DNA of 64,000 nucleotides. It comes from Octopus sinensis (taxonomy: Eukaryota). Positions 1-13,000 of this stretch are shown piece by piece. The position numbers and the translations under genes were made by a program. The notes under the pieces are model-generated. The model made no database searches. It was not told the origin of the DNA and saw only the letters and a list, made by a program, of their open reading frames with translations. The DNA is taken from assembly GCF_006345805.1 (NCBI RefSeq), contig NC_043018.1:20522001-20586000 (forward strand). Direction: 5' to 3'. Each line of letters starts with the position of its first letter. The stretch's first letter is position 1.

Positions 1-111
1 TTCCAGGTTTATAATCTTAAGAATATTACTTTTCATGCTCGCATTTTTCCATGCAATACATATATATATATATATATACTTTATTTAAAAGCAGCAGAAA
101 TTCAACAAAAC

Positions 112-149
112 CTGTTACTCTGAGTTTCACGTTCCCGTTCGTCGGACAG
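112..149 (-). ncRNA. minimal type I hammerhead ribozyme motif (family 1)
   Basis: CTGT-CCGACGA-ACG ggaa CGT-GAA-ACTC a GAGT-A-ACAG: stems I/II/III pair, GUA cleavage triplet, U4C core variant. Confidence 0.75.
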
Positions 150-227
150 TTTTTGTTTGCATATTACTCTACCCCTGGTATTTGAGTACTCTTTTTCCAC
201 CTTGTTTCACATTTATGTTTTTACTCC

Positions 228-292
<65 letters not shown>

Positions 293-306
293 ATGTATAT
301 ATATTA

Positions 307-343
<37 letters not shown>

Positions 344-419
344 TAATTATATATATATAATATATATATATATATTATGTGTGGGTGTGTGTGTGTGATC
401 CTGTTCCCTATCACCCACG

Positions 420-725
420 AACTTCTACGGATTCTCTACTGACTTTCTACACTTCAGCTGCACCTCTTCTACCTATGGATTACACTGGACTCCTCTCTTA
501 ATGACACCCCTCCTTGTGACCTCGTGGGTACCGCTGGCGATTTTTTCCCCTCTGTCTTCATTTCTCGGGATCTTTCCTTCTCCTATGTTTCCGACGAAGA
601 GCTCCGCTCGAAACGTTAAGCCCTCCTTCTTCCCTTCTTTCCTGAGCGTCCAATAATACTTTATTTGTTCACGTCCTCGCGTTGTTGTGTGTTTGTTTTT
701 TTGGTGTTTTGTTGTTTGGATTAAC
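420..725 (+). mobile_element. Penelope-like terminal-repeat fragment (hammerhead family 2) in (TA)n
   Basis: About 210 bp shared with 17871-18073 (-) and 42777-42990 (+); all carry the hammerhead and abut (TA)n. Confidence 0.6.
587..621 (+). ncRNA. minimal type I hammerhead motif (family 2)
   Basis: GTTT-CCGACGA-A-GAGC tcc GCTC-GAA-AC GT-T-AAGC. Confidence 0.7.
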
Positions 726-734
726 TATATATAT

Positions 735-778
<44 letters not shown>

Positions 779-979
779 TAAAGGGTAAAGACCTCCTTCG
801 GTCATGAATGACCATGGGATTGCACCTAGAAAGTTACCCTCCTAGACACAAGTCCGGGCAAGGTTGTTTATGGAAGGCCAGCAGTCGCCCATGCATATCA
901 GCCTCCCCTCTCCACGCCACCAGTGTATCCAAGGGAAAAAAGACAAAGGTCGATACAGCTTGGCACCATTTATAGATAT

Positions 980-1033
<54 letters not shown>

Positions 1034-1092
1034 TATATAGGTATATATATATATATTATATATATACACACACATATATAATGTATATATAT

Positions 1093-1174
<82 letters not shown>

Positions 1175-1633
1175 GTATATATATACACACACACATACAT
1201 ACACATATAAATCTATATATACGACGGGCCTCCCAACAGTTACCATCTCTCGAACTCACTCACAAATCATCAGTCGGTCAAGGGCTACAACAGGAGACAA
1301 TGGCCCGAGGTGCCGCGCAGTTTTATTCACACCGAAACCATGTGGCCGGGAAGCGAACCTCTGAACTACACAGCCATGCTTACGCTTTTATCAATATTAT
1401 TATGGTTTTCTTTTTTTATTATTGTGATAAAAATCATGAGGTTAAAGGGATTCCGCTTATTTATGTAAAAAAAGGTGAGACATCATCACGTACGACTAAT
1501 TAGGCCAATCAAAGAATAAACAACTAATAAGGCCAATCAAAGCAGTAAAGTTTCTGATACCAAAAGTGAAACTGATATAATTCGGCGCACGTACAAGAAA
1601 CACGTGACTTAGACAGGGAGATTAAACAATATA

Positions 1634-1946
1634 CAGTGGAATTCTCGGTTTACGAATGCTTCACGAAAAAATTCGATTTACAAACAATGTTTTTCGACTA
1701 TAAAACGTCTCGGGTGACAAACGGTGTCTCGAGTAACGAACACGCAGGCCGGCATTAACGGCTGCGACAGGCTGAGGGTATCAGAGGAAGAGTGTCAGTT
1801 ACTGTATGGCTTTCACTCAGACCACATCCGAATTCGTTGTACTTTCTCTTGAATATCCTATGAAAAAAATAGTATCGGCTTACGAGCGCTTCGTGTGATG
1901 AACAGCCTTCAGGAACGAAGTAAATTCGTAAATCGAGATTTCGCTG
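1634..1946. mobile_element. Tigger/pogo-like MITE
   Basis: TA flanks; TIRs CAGTGGAATTCTCGGTTTACGAAT / ATTCGTAAATCGAGATTTCGCTG. Confidence 0.7.
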
Positions 1947-2006
1947 TACGAAAGTAACTAGTTTTAATGGTATTGCGAAAGTAACTAGTTTTAATGGTAT
2001 TGCGAA

Positions 2007-2180
2007 AGGCTTGGTTTGAGGCCCAACATTTCGAGTTCTTTTGCAGGACTTAGAAAAACTGGAAGACCGCTGCAGTAAGTGTGTGAATCTGAGAGGGGAA
2101 TATGTTGGATAAAATCATTAATTAAATGATCCTCCTGTATTATCTTTTACCTGAAGCTAGGAACTTTTCATTACCCCCTC
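2007..2180 (+). mobile_element. mariner transposase C-terminal remnant plus right TIR
   Basis: ...LQDLEKLEDRCSKCVNLRGEYVG*, then GAACTTTTCATTACCCCCTC; related remnant at 20770-20905. Confidence 0.65.
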
Positions 2181-2243
2181 ACATGTTATGGAAACACTAG
2201 GTAACACTCGTTTTTGGCGCCTAAAGGGTAAGACCTATTTTGG

Positions 2244-2541
2244 TGGAGGCACATGGCCTGGTGGTTAGAGGAGCGGACTCGCGCTCGAGGGATCGCGGGT
2301 TCGAATCTCAGACCGGGCGATGTGTGTGTTTATGAGCGAAACATCTTAGCTCCACGCGGCTCCGGCAGAAGATAATGGCGAACTTCTGCTGACTCTTTTG
2401 CCACAACTTTCTCTCACTCTTTCCTCCTGTATCTTGCAGCTCACCTGCGACGGACCGGCGTCCCGTCCAGGTGGGGAACCTATACGCCAAGGAAACCGGG
2501 AAACCGGCCCTTATGAGCCGGGCGTGGCTCGAGAAGGAACA
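2244..2541 (+). mobile_element. tRNA(Arg)-derived SINE family A, tail type 3
   Basis: A/B boxes; TSD AAGACCTATTTTGG on both sides. Confidence 0.85.
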
Positions 2542-3384
2542 AAGACCTATTTTGGGATCACTGAATTAAATAAACCATCAATTTTGCTAAATCCGCTTTA
2601 ATTTGGAATAGACAGCATATCCCTTTACAATAAGTTCTTAGGCTTAGGTAAGTATGTACTGTCATAGGGGTCACTTGACCCCTTGATGGGAATATCTCTT
2701 CGAAAAATCAAGGAGAACGAAGACAGCTATGGACAACTTCTTCGAAACCTCCAGCTTCTATATCTGGATTACATATTTACATTTATACTGTTATGTAATC
2801 ATCACAACAAACACGAACAATCAACGTTGCCCATTGTCTCCCTTGATACAAGGACATTCAGTAAGTTTCCCGCCACAACAAATACCTTGTACAACAACGG
2901 CAGTCTAATAAAGTATCTCGTATCGTTAACACGTTTTTTCAGTCTCTCTCATTTTCTTAATCTTTCATACTAAGTACTCACTACTTCCTTTAATACTCAA
3001 TACATTATATATATATAACAACAACATATACCAACGATAATTGGTACAGTTGGTTTTGTGAGTACTAACGATTCTGCCAGCTCGCCCACTGAGTGGCAAT
3101 AAGCTTGGGTTTTCAGAAAAATAAATCAACCAATAAACTCGTACATTGCAAATACAATCAGTAAGAGGAACAGTTTAAAATGTGAAGTTGTTTCCATTAT
3201 CTACATTCCAACAATGAGCCTTCTTCAGAGCAAGAATTTAAACAATTAGAAACTAAAGAGAACATTCCAGAATAGATAAACAGTTTACATATAAAATTTA
3301 TACAGGGATGTTACAAGCCTTATGTATAAATCTCGTCAGTAGGATAAGAATGCACACTGAAAACAGTATGTATGTATATGTATA

Positions 3385-3465
<81 letters not shown>

Positions 3466-3527
3466 GTATATATAAATATATAGATAGATATGTATGTATG
3501 TGTGTGTGTGTGTGTATATATATATAT

Positions 3528-3912
3528 GGGTGCAAGAATGGCTGTGGTAAGGAGCTTGCTTCCCAACCACATGATTCGGGTTCAGTCCCACTGCGTGGCA
3601 CCTTGGGCAAGTATCTTCTACTATAGCCCCGGGCCGACCAAAGGTTGTGAGTAGATCTAGTGGACGGAAACTGAAAGAAGCCCGTCATGTATATATATAT
3701 ATATATACATATGTGTGTGTGTGTTTGTGTTTGTTCCCCCCACTCCTTGACAACCGATGTTGGTATGTTTATGTCCCCGTAATTAGCGGGTCGGCAAAAG
3801 AGACCGATAGATAAGTACCAGGCTTACAAAGAATACGTCCTGGGGTAGATTTGTTCGACTGAAGGCGGTGCTCCAGCATGACCGCAGATGAAATGACTGA
3901 AGCAAGTAAAGA
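3528..3912 (+). mobile_element. tRNA-derived SINE family B (CORE-like block, internal microsatellite)
   Basis: TGGCTGTGGTAAG / GGGTTCAGTCCC boxes; TTGGGCAAGT; tail GGCGGTGCTCCAGCATG...TGACTGA. Confidence 0.85.
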
Positions 3913-3914
3913 AT

Positions 3915-4124
3915 AGATTAGATAAATAGATAGATAGATAGATAGATAGACCGATAGATAGCTTAGATAGATAATAGACAGATAGATAGATAGATGGATA
4001 TATAGATAGATAGATAGATAGATAGATCGTAGATAGATAGATAGATAGATAGATAGTAGATAGATAGATCATGATAGCTAGATAGACAGATAGATTGATA
4101 GATAGATAGATAGAAGATAGATAT

Positions 4125-4157
<33 letters not shown>

Positions 4158-4190
4158 AGATAGATAGATAGACAGATAGATAGATAGATG

Positions 4191-4234
<44 letters not shown>

Positions 4235-4235
4235 T
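3915..4235. repeat. (GATA)n microsatellite; also 27830-27920
   Basis: Direct reading. Confidence 0.95.
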
Positions 4236-4403
4236 GGTCGGTCTCTGGGAATACCCGGGTTTCACATCCATAAAGCGCTTATATATATATTTATACATAT
4301 TTATATAGAAATATACAAAATATATAATATTAGAAATCAATAATAGTTCAGTTATTGGTATTTCAATCAATAGATTTGTGGGTATTCCATTTCAGATGGC
4401 CGG

Positions 4404-4462
4404 ATAACTGAAGAGATGGCGGCGTGGATTTCCACCCCGACATCCGAAACTCGGAGTTTTAT
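4404..4462 (+). ncRNA. type I hammerhead motif (family 3)
   Basis: ATAA-CTGAAGA-GATG...CATCC-GAA-ACTC g GAGT-T-TTAT; stem II has one bulged C. Confidence 0.7.
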
Positions 4463-4569
4463 CATGGCTACCGAATAATTGTCACAAATTACATTTACTG
4501 ATAAATTCCTCTATTTACATAATACCGAGGTCTCTTTCATTCACTTGTTGTCTTACCATTTCTATCAAA

Positions 4570-4606
<37 letters not shown>

Positions 4607-4813
4607 GTGTGTGTGTGTGTGTTGGAGAGTTGCTGCTGCCTGCTAAACCAAACGCCGAGCAGTTTTAAATAACATAACGAAGTCGGTGAAACTAGATATT
4701 TCTTGGACTGCTTCCTTCTGAGGATGTAGAACTTCCTCCTTGTTAGAAGCTTTCTTTATTTTTCCTTTCCTTATTGAACTTCTGTTCTACAAGGCTTCAA
4801 GCGAACTATAAGG

Positions 4814-4852
<39 letters not shown>

Positions 4853-4953
4853 TATATATATATATATATGTACGTACGTACGTATGCATGTATGCATGTA
4901 TATATATCCATAATATATATATAAAGGGGTTTGTATGATTGTATATAGAGGGA

Positions 4954-5177
4954 TATATATTATTCAAAGGAATTCCAACTTTGTTTTTTATGTTTTATTT
5001 TTATTCTTTATAATATTAATGTAGAATATAGAATATATAGTATATATATATCAATACTTCATTTCATTTTACTATATATACTATTTATACTATATATTCT
5101 ATATTCTACATTAATATTATAAAGAATATAAATAAAACATAAAAAACAAAGTTGAAATTTCTTTGAATAATATATAT
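4954..5177. repeat. AT-rich inverted repeat (~90-bp arms)
   Basis: TATTATTCAAAGGAATTCCAACTTTG... pairs with ...CAAAGTTGAAATTTCTTTGAATAATA. Confidence 0.85.
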
Positions 5178-5267
5178 ATAGAGACTGGTAACCACTATAA
5201 TCTGTAGTGGCGAGCAGTCAACACGTTGTTCTGAGGCTGACCAAAGAATTTTTATTTTTAGATATAA

Positions 5268-5322
5268 ATGGGGTACTTTAATGTACTTATGTTTTTTGCT
5301 TCGGCTTTTTCCATGGGCGCAT
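5268..5322 (+). CDS. candidate first coding exon of SLC23 gene ([19 protein letters not shown])
   Basis: ATG 5268 follows an in-frame TAA; second in-frame ATG at 5313 in ccATGG context; donor GTAAGT at 5323; phase 1 matches the acceptor at 5841. No homology support. Confidence 0.45.
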
Positions 5323-5547
5323 GTAAGTATCTTACTTATATTCTCTCGTAAGCTCTACTGAAGACGAATAAATCTTTTATGAGATTAATTCCGAAATTGA
5401 TTCAATATAGAGATAACGAAATTTAGATATTCTAACGGTTAGCTTGCCCGACTTCAGTTCAATTTTTCTGTAGCGAGTAGATCACATGTGGAAAATCAGC
5501 ATATTGGGCGTTTGAATAATCTTCTTTTAGCCCTTTCTTATAAGTTG

Positions 5548-5645
<98 letters not shown>

Positions 5646-5732
5646 GATATATATATATATGTTATATATATATGTATATATATATATAATTATATATTAA
5701 TGTATATATATATGTATCTATATATGTATATA

Positions 5733-5797
<65 letters not shown>

Positions 5798-7324
5798 GCA
5801 CTATATATAAACAAACGTGTTCGTTTAACTATTTCAATAGATGTACCAAGACCGAAGGATATCGACAAAATAGAGTTTGAAATCATCAAGGAATCTGCGG
5901 CTGAATACAGTGAAGAATATGATGGAAACGCGTTGACCGTCAACGGGAATGGAAGCAACCAGCAAGAAGGCGGTGTTGACGTATCGAAACCCAGTAAAGA
6001 TATCGAAATAGAATATGAAATTGCTAGTAATGAACTGATTTACAAAGTTTGTGACGTTCCACCATTACGTGTTAGCCTGCTCGTGGCTCTACAGGTGATT
6101 TTATTGTCCCTTTTATGGTGTGTGTCGGTGTGTGTGTGCGTGTGTTTAAAAAATAGTTCAGAACTAGTCATGAAATATAGAAAACATAAAAGGGGGAAAA
6201 ATTCCCAGTTGTATTTTCTATTGTAAATTAATCAAATTATTCCAAAATATATTATTCATAACCGGTTTCACTTCGGCAAGATATTCATTATAACGTCCAT
6301 GTGTATTGGGCTGGCTTTAGGCTTGAGCTCAAATATACTACATAGTGCATCTTCAGTCGATGCCATATATATATAATATATATATATATATTATATATAT
6401 ATATATTTATATCTATATATATATATATATATACTTAGGCGGGTAAAAGTACTTTGACTTAAGTTTCATGATTCGATCCTTCAAGACGATTTCAATATAT
6501 TCATTATTTGGTCTGAGCTCCTATATCAATAAATAGTGTACCCATTCTATGTCTCACTCACTCCGCAATGCTGAATATGCATGTGTGTATGTATATATGT
6601 ATGTATACATGCATATATGGGTACAGGACATAAAAAAAAACGTAGACAGAATGAGAAACGAGAACATAAAAAACAAAAACATAGAAAACGAACTTTTTTC
6701 GAACAAAAAACAAACAAACAGTGAAACAAAACATGCAACATAAAGAATATTCCCCTTCATCAGTTGTCCCCTGTTTTATCTACTCCATGTATCGAAGGCA
6801 AGGACAAGATCGATCTATGCATGTGTGTATGTATGTATCACTTTTTCTTTCTCAGTGGTATGTGTGTGTATTGTTACAGTCGCCGTTGATATTATTTTCA
6901 CGTGTATGTGTAGGCCTAGACAAGTCTTTTTTTTTTAATAGAAAACTTGTGGTTTCCGCTTTCCATGTCACCGAAATACCAATATTCTTTTCTATTCTAA
7001 ACACAAGGCCCTAAATTTTTTGGGGGAGGGTGCCAGTCGGTAAGATCGATCCCAGTACGCAACTGGTACTTAATTTATCAACCCCGAAAAGATGGAAGGC
7101 AAAGTCGACCTTGACGGAATTTGAACTCAGAACGTAAAGACAGACGAAATACTGCAAAGCATTTCGCCCGGCGTGCTAACGTTTCTGCCAGCTCGCTGCC
7201 TTACCGATGTACCAATATTACCAAAGGAAAAGGCTGCTAACACACATCTACCTACCTACCTACCAGCCTACCTGCAAACCTACCTACCTACAAACCTTCA
7301 TACATACATACATACATACATACA

Positions 7325-7355
<31 letters not shown>

Positions 7356-10025
7356 CGCTCGCTGCCCCCTCGTTATCGAGTATGGCCATTGCACACGAAG
7401 CTTAACTCTTACTGGTGCTGTGATCGAATGTGACTTTTTGCCAGCTAAAGATCTACAATGTCTTGTACAAAATGGCAACTAAAACCTTTACTGGTAATAG
7501 CCGGCTGTAGTTGTAACTGGGCTTCATGTACCTTTGCATGTCGTTAAGTCCTCCTGTCGAATTACACTCTCTTCCACATGCCGACAGATATGATTAGTAT
7601 GGTGTGTTACACCACCACCAGTGGCCAGGTTGTCGCTCATCTGTCTCGTTTTATGACTACGAAGATGACTCATGAGTCCAGCTTTGAGGCAGGGTCATAC
7701 ATACATACATACATACAAACATGAGCGCGTGCACATTACTCGAATTTAAAACATTCTATGTTTAAAACACCCATCAATTAACTTTATTTTTGCTATATTT
7801 TTGGTGTATTTGAAACAGCAATCTCTCTTATCGATATCCAGCAGCTTTACCGTCGGGTTCCTCTTGGCAGATCTTGTGTGCGCTGGCCAAAACGATATGC
7901 TCAAAGCCAAGTTAATATGCAGTATTATGTTCGTGTCGGGTTTAACAACTTTTCTTCAGAACAACATTGGTATAAGGTAAGATTCCGTTTATCTTCTATC
8001 GTTTATCTTTTACTCGTTTCAGTCATTTGACTGCGGCCATACTAGAGCACTACCTTGAAGGGTTTTTAGTCGAATGAATCGACCCCAGGACTTATTTTGC
8101 CGAACCGCTAAGTTACGGAGACGTAAACAGACCAACGTCGGTTGTCAAGCTGTGAAGAGGGTACAAACTCAGACACAAAGATACACACACATAGATACAT
8201 ACACATACATACACATACCCACATACATACACAGACATACATATATATATATGTGTGTGTGTGTGTGTTTTAGGATGTATTGTTTTTCAACCAAACAGAG
8301 CCGGCAATTATGTGGACCATTGAAGCATAGAAGGAGAATATTCCGCTAGAGCAGCCATGATGGGAAAATATGATACCTTTTGCCTATGAATCTAAAAAAG
8401 TACAGGTGTTGACTCAACCATTCTTTGCAGTGAGCCCCATTTAGTTTCTCTGAATACCATCTGGTTAATTGAGCCTATATACCACGACTTTGGTGAAAAT
8501 ATTTCCCAGTTGCGATCCCCGCAATTGCAGGTAGTATATGAGAGAGACGAGTGTTTAATATTGTGGTTTGTGATGCGTGTGTGTGTGTATGGGTGTGTAT
8601 ATTTATATATATATGTGTAGATATAGGTGTGCGTGTGTTTGCGTGTTTGCATGTATGTGTATTTGTATATATATGTGTATGTATATGTATATATATGTAT
8701 ATATATGTGTATGTATATATATGTATATGTATGTATGTATGTATGTATATATTTATCTAGACAGGAATTCTTCCTAATCTTATTATTTGGGCAATTTGCG
8801 GTATGGTGTACAATTGTGTCATTGGTGACATTTTCACAACAATCCAGTTAACTGTTTCGCAGTATTTCTCAAAGCGAGATTGATAAAGGAGTGTCTGTAA
8901 TTCGCTGCAGAACAAGTAACCCAAAGGCTTCGCTCGATGAGCATCGGTTTAACCTGATGCTGTGGGAGAAGAAACTTGCTCAAGGTGTTACACATACCGG
9001 CGCCCATCTTACACAACCTTGCTCGGCGCAATATATGGCAATATTTATTTATTATTAAGGCAGTCAGCCGACAGAATCATTAGCATGCCGGACATAATGT
9101 TTTGTGGCATTTCGTCCGTCTTAACATTTTGTGCTCAAATATCGCGTAGATCGATTTTGCCTTTCATTCTTTCAGCATCGATAAATTAAGTACCAGCTGA
9201 ATACTGGGGTCGATATAATCGTCTTACATCCTCCTCCAAAATTGCTGGCCTTGTGCCAAAATTGGAAACCATTATTATTATTATTATTTCGGTGAATGCG
9301 GCGAGATAGCAGAATCGTTAGCATGTCGGACAAAATGATTAGCGGCATTTCGTCCGTTTTTAGATTCTAAGTTCAAATTTCGCCGAAGTCGTCTTCGCTT
9401 TTCATTCCTTCAGAGTCGATAAAATAGATACCAGTTGCGCATTGGGATGGATGTAATCGACTTAATCCTTCTTTCGAAGTTACTATCTTTGCACCAACAT
9501 TTGAAACCAATATGTATTTATATAATTTTTTTGCTTTAAATTTCAGGCTCCCATTATACCAGGGCCCAACTATTGAATATATACTTCCGTTGCTGGCACT
9601 GAAGGATTCTATGGAATGGAATTGTGAAAGAATTATTGAAGGTAATAAATAAATTTTGGGGAGGGGCGGGGCAGTTGATTAGATAGACCCCAGTACACAA
9701 TTGGTACTTAATTTATCGACCCCGAAAAGAGGAAAGGCAATGTCGACCACGGAGGATTTTGAACTCAGAACGTAAAGACAAACGAAATACCTATTTCTTT
9801 ACTACCCACAAGGGGCTAAACACAGAGGGGACAAACAAGGACAGACAAACGGATTAAGTCGATTACATCGACCCCCAGTGCGTGACTGGTACTTAATTTA
9901 TCGACCCCGAAAGGATGAAATGCAAAGTCGACCTCGGCGAATTTGAACTCAGGACCTAACGACAGACGAATACGGCTACGCATTTCGCCCGGCGTTCTAA
10001 CGTTTCTGCCAGCTCGCCGCTAATA

Positions 10026-10093
<68 letters not shown>

Positions 10094-13000
10094 GCAACAA
10101 CAACAACAACAACGTTATTTGACAAATCAAATTTGTTTATTTTAGCTCACTGGAATCAGACTTCGACACCGAATGCAACAATGGAAACCGGCGCTCCGGA
10201 TGAAGTAATTTATGCAAGAATCCAGATGGTAAGTAATTATGTTGCATCGTTATTAAATTACAAGTACAATAAAAGTTAATTAACTGTCGATGCCCAAATA
10301 TGACTTGTGGATATCAAAAGTTGACTTATTCAAATACGGTAACATCTGGACATTGATTATATTTGGTTTATTGAGAGTCAAATCATAAATAAATGTCTTT
10401 ATCGTTATAGTCCAAAATATTAATTAGTTTGCAGGCGTGGCTGTGTGGTTAAGAGGATTGCTTCCCAATCATTCGGTCGTGGGTTCAGTCCCGCTACATG
10501 GAACTTTTGACAAGCGTCTTCTACTATGACCTCAGGCCAAAGCCTTGGGAATAGATTTGGCAGAGGAAAACTGAAAGAAGCATGTCGTGTGTGTGTGTGT
10601 GTGTGTGAGGGTCACCTGCCACTTCTTGACAACCAGCATTGATCTCCGTAGCTTAGCGGTTTGGCAAATGATACCGATAAAATAAGTTTCGGGTTAAAAA
10701 AACAAATAAGTGCAGCGGGGTCGATATGTTTGACTAAACCCCTCAAAACGATGCTCCAGCATGGCCGCAGTCAAGTGAGTGAAACAGATGAAAGAAAAAT
10801 GTCTTCCTCTCCACAAATATTCCTTGATGACAATTCGCTTCATTTACTTCGCTTGGCAAAGACTTACCACAATAATCCCCGTTAATCCTCTTTTATCTTC
10901 CTAATCAAATCTGGATCATTGTTGCTTCCGTGTTTGCCATACTCTTTTTTCTACTCTTTTACTTGTTTCAGTCATTTGACTGCGGCCATGCTGGAGCACC
11001 GCCTTTAGTCGAGCAAATCGACCCCGGGTCTTATTCTTTGTAAGCCCAGTACTTATCCTATCGGTCTCTTTTGCCGAACCGCTAAGTGACGGGGACGTAA
11101 ACACACCACCATCGGTTGTCAAGCAATGCTAGGGGGACAAACACAGACACACAAACACACACTTACATATATATACACATATATATATATACATATATAC
11201 GACAGGCTTCTTTCAGTTTCCGTCTACCAAATCCACTCACAAGGCATTGGTCGTCCCGGGGCTATAGCAGAAGACATTTGCCCATGATGCCACGCAGCGG
11301 GACTGAACCCGGAACCATGTGGTTGGTTAGCAAGCTACTTACCACACAGCCACTCCTGCGCCATAGTCCTCAATTTTTAACTTGTGGTCGACGCAAGGGC
11401 GTCATGCTGAGTCCTTCACTTAATGGATTTCAGTAGCAAACATTTCATTAACACTACTTTTACGAAGGGAAAACCCGTTCTCATTGTCTCAACTCAATCA
11501 AACTTCTAAAACAGAAGTTTAACGCTTATTCAAGAAATCGTTATTATATCACGTCCTTAAGGCGGTGAACCTATACAAAGCAATACAATATTTCCCTTCT
11601 CTTTGTTTTCATCCACTCGCATCACCTTACATCAGGGGTGGGCAAACTACGGCCCGCCATAGGTTTTCATGCGGCCCGCCGAGAGCTTTTATGAATCCCA
11701 ACTTCTGTGCAGATACTTCGTAACTGTTTCAGTTGTACGGTAATTCACAATATTTTCACTTGATCTTTATAAATGAGACCCACCAAGGTTCCAAAGACGC
11801 ACTGTGCGGCCCGCGATCAAAAAAGTTTGCCCACCCCTGTCTTACATAGTTTGCTTGACACCTCGCCAGCATTATCTCATGTGTAACCCTATGTTTTCTT
11901 ACAGTTACAGTGTTCCCTGATAATCGTTGGCATCCTCCAGTTTCTGTTGGGTGCAACAGGTCTTGTGGGCATCGTGTTTCGCTATATCGGACCAGTTACG
12001 ATAACACCGACCCTTTTACTTATTGGATTCTACATTTTTAAAGTGATTGTGAAATTCAGTGAGACCCATTGGGGGATATCCATGGCGTGAGTACAACTCT
12101 TCCGTTTCTGCGGAATACTATTGCTTAATTTCACTTTCATATTACTTTTCCTGTTTCGTCTTTCTTTCTTTCTTTCTTTTCTTTCTTTTACTTGTTTCAG
12201 TCATTTGACTGCGGCCATGCTGGAGCACCGCCTTTAGTCGAGCAAATCGACCCCAGGACTTATTCTTTGTAAGCCCAGTACTTATTCTATCGGTCTCTTT
12301 TGCCGAACCGCTAAGTAACGGGGACATAAACACACCAGCATCGGTTGTCAAGCAATGCTAGGGGGACAAACACACAAACACACACACACATACACACACA
12401 TATATATATATATATACATATATACGACAGGCTTCTTTCAGTTTCCGTCTACCAAATCCACTCACAAGGCATTGGTCGGCCCGGGGCTATAGCAGAAGAC
12501 ACTTGCCCAAGATGCCACGCAGTGGGACTGAACCCGGAGCCATGTGGTTGGTTAGCAAGATACTTACCACACAGCCACTCCTGCGTCTGTGGATAAGTCT
12601 CAAATAGTATTAAAAGATAATCTAATCTAATCTGCATGGTTTAATTTCTATATCCCAAACCAATTCTGCATTCCACTTTTTGTACTTGTGTAATAAAAAA
12701 AAACAACAAAAGCAAAAGCAAAACAACAGTATAGCCGTCACTCGCAAACGTGTATGACTTGGCAACGTGTCCCATGGTTTGGCTAATTATGTTTAAGTGC
12801 CCTGTATACAGGTGGAGGCACCTCGGTTTTCCACTCGTGATCCAGTGAAACAACCAGGATGTGATAGCTGAGGGTGGGGATGGACCAGCACCCAGCTGGT
12901 ATTCCTTTTTAACTCTCTTGACTGGAACAACATGAAACGAAGTACCCTGTTCAAGGACACAACGAGCAGCTCGATACAGGAATCGAACTCATAATTCTAT

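Noticed and set aside
2600-2655. Upstream SLC23 exon ending at TAG|GTAAGT (2648)
   Set aside because: Good donor motif alone, with no ORF, acceptor or homology support. It could be a UTR exon but cannot be shown.
6255-6362. Minus-strand CTGAAGA...GAAACCGGTT hammerhead candidate
   Set aside because: The palindromic stem III fits the pattern, but stems I and II are not complementary.
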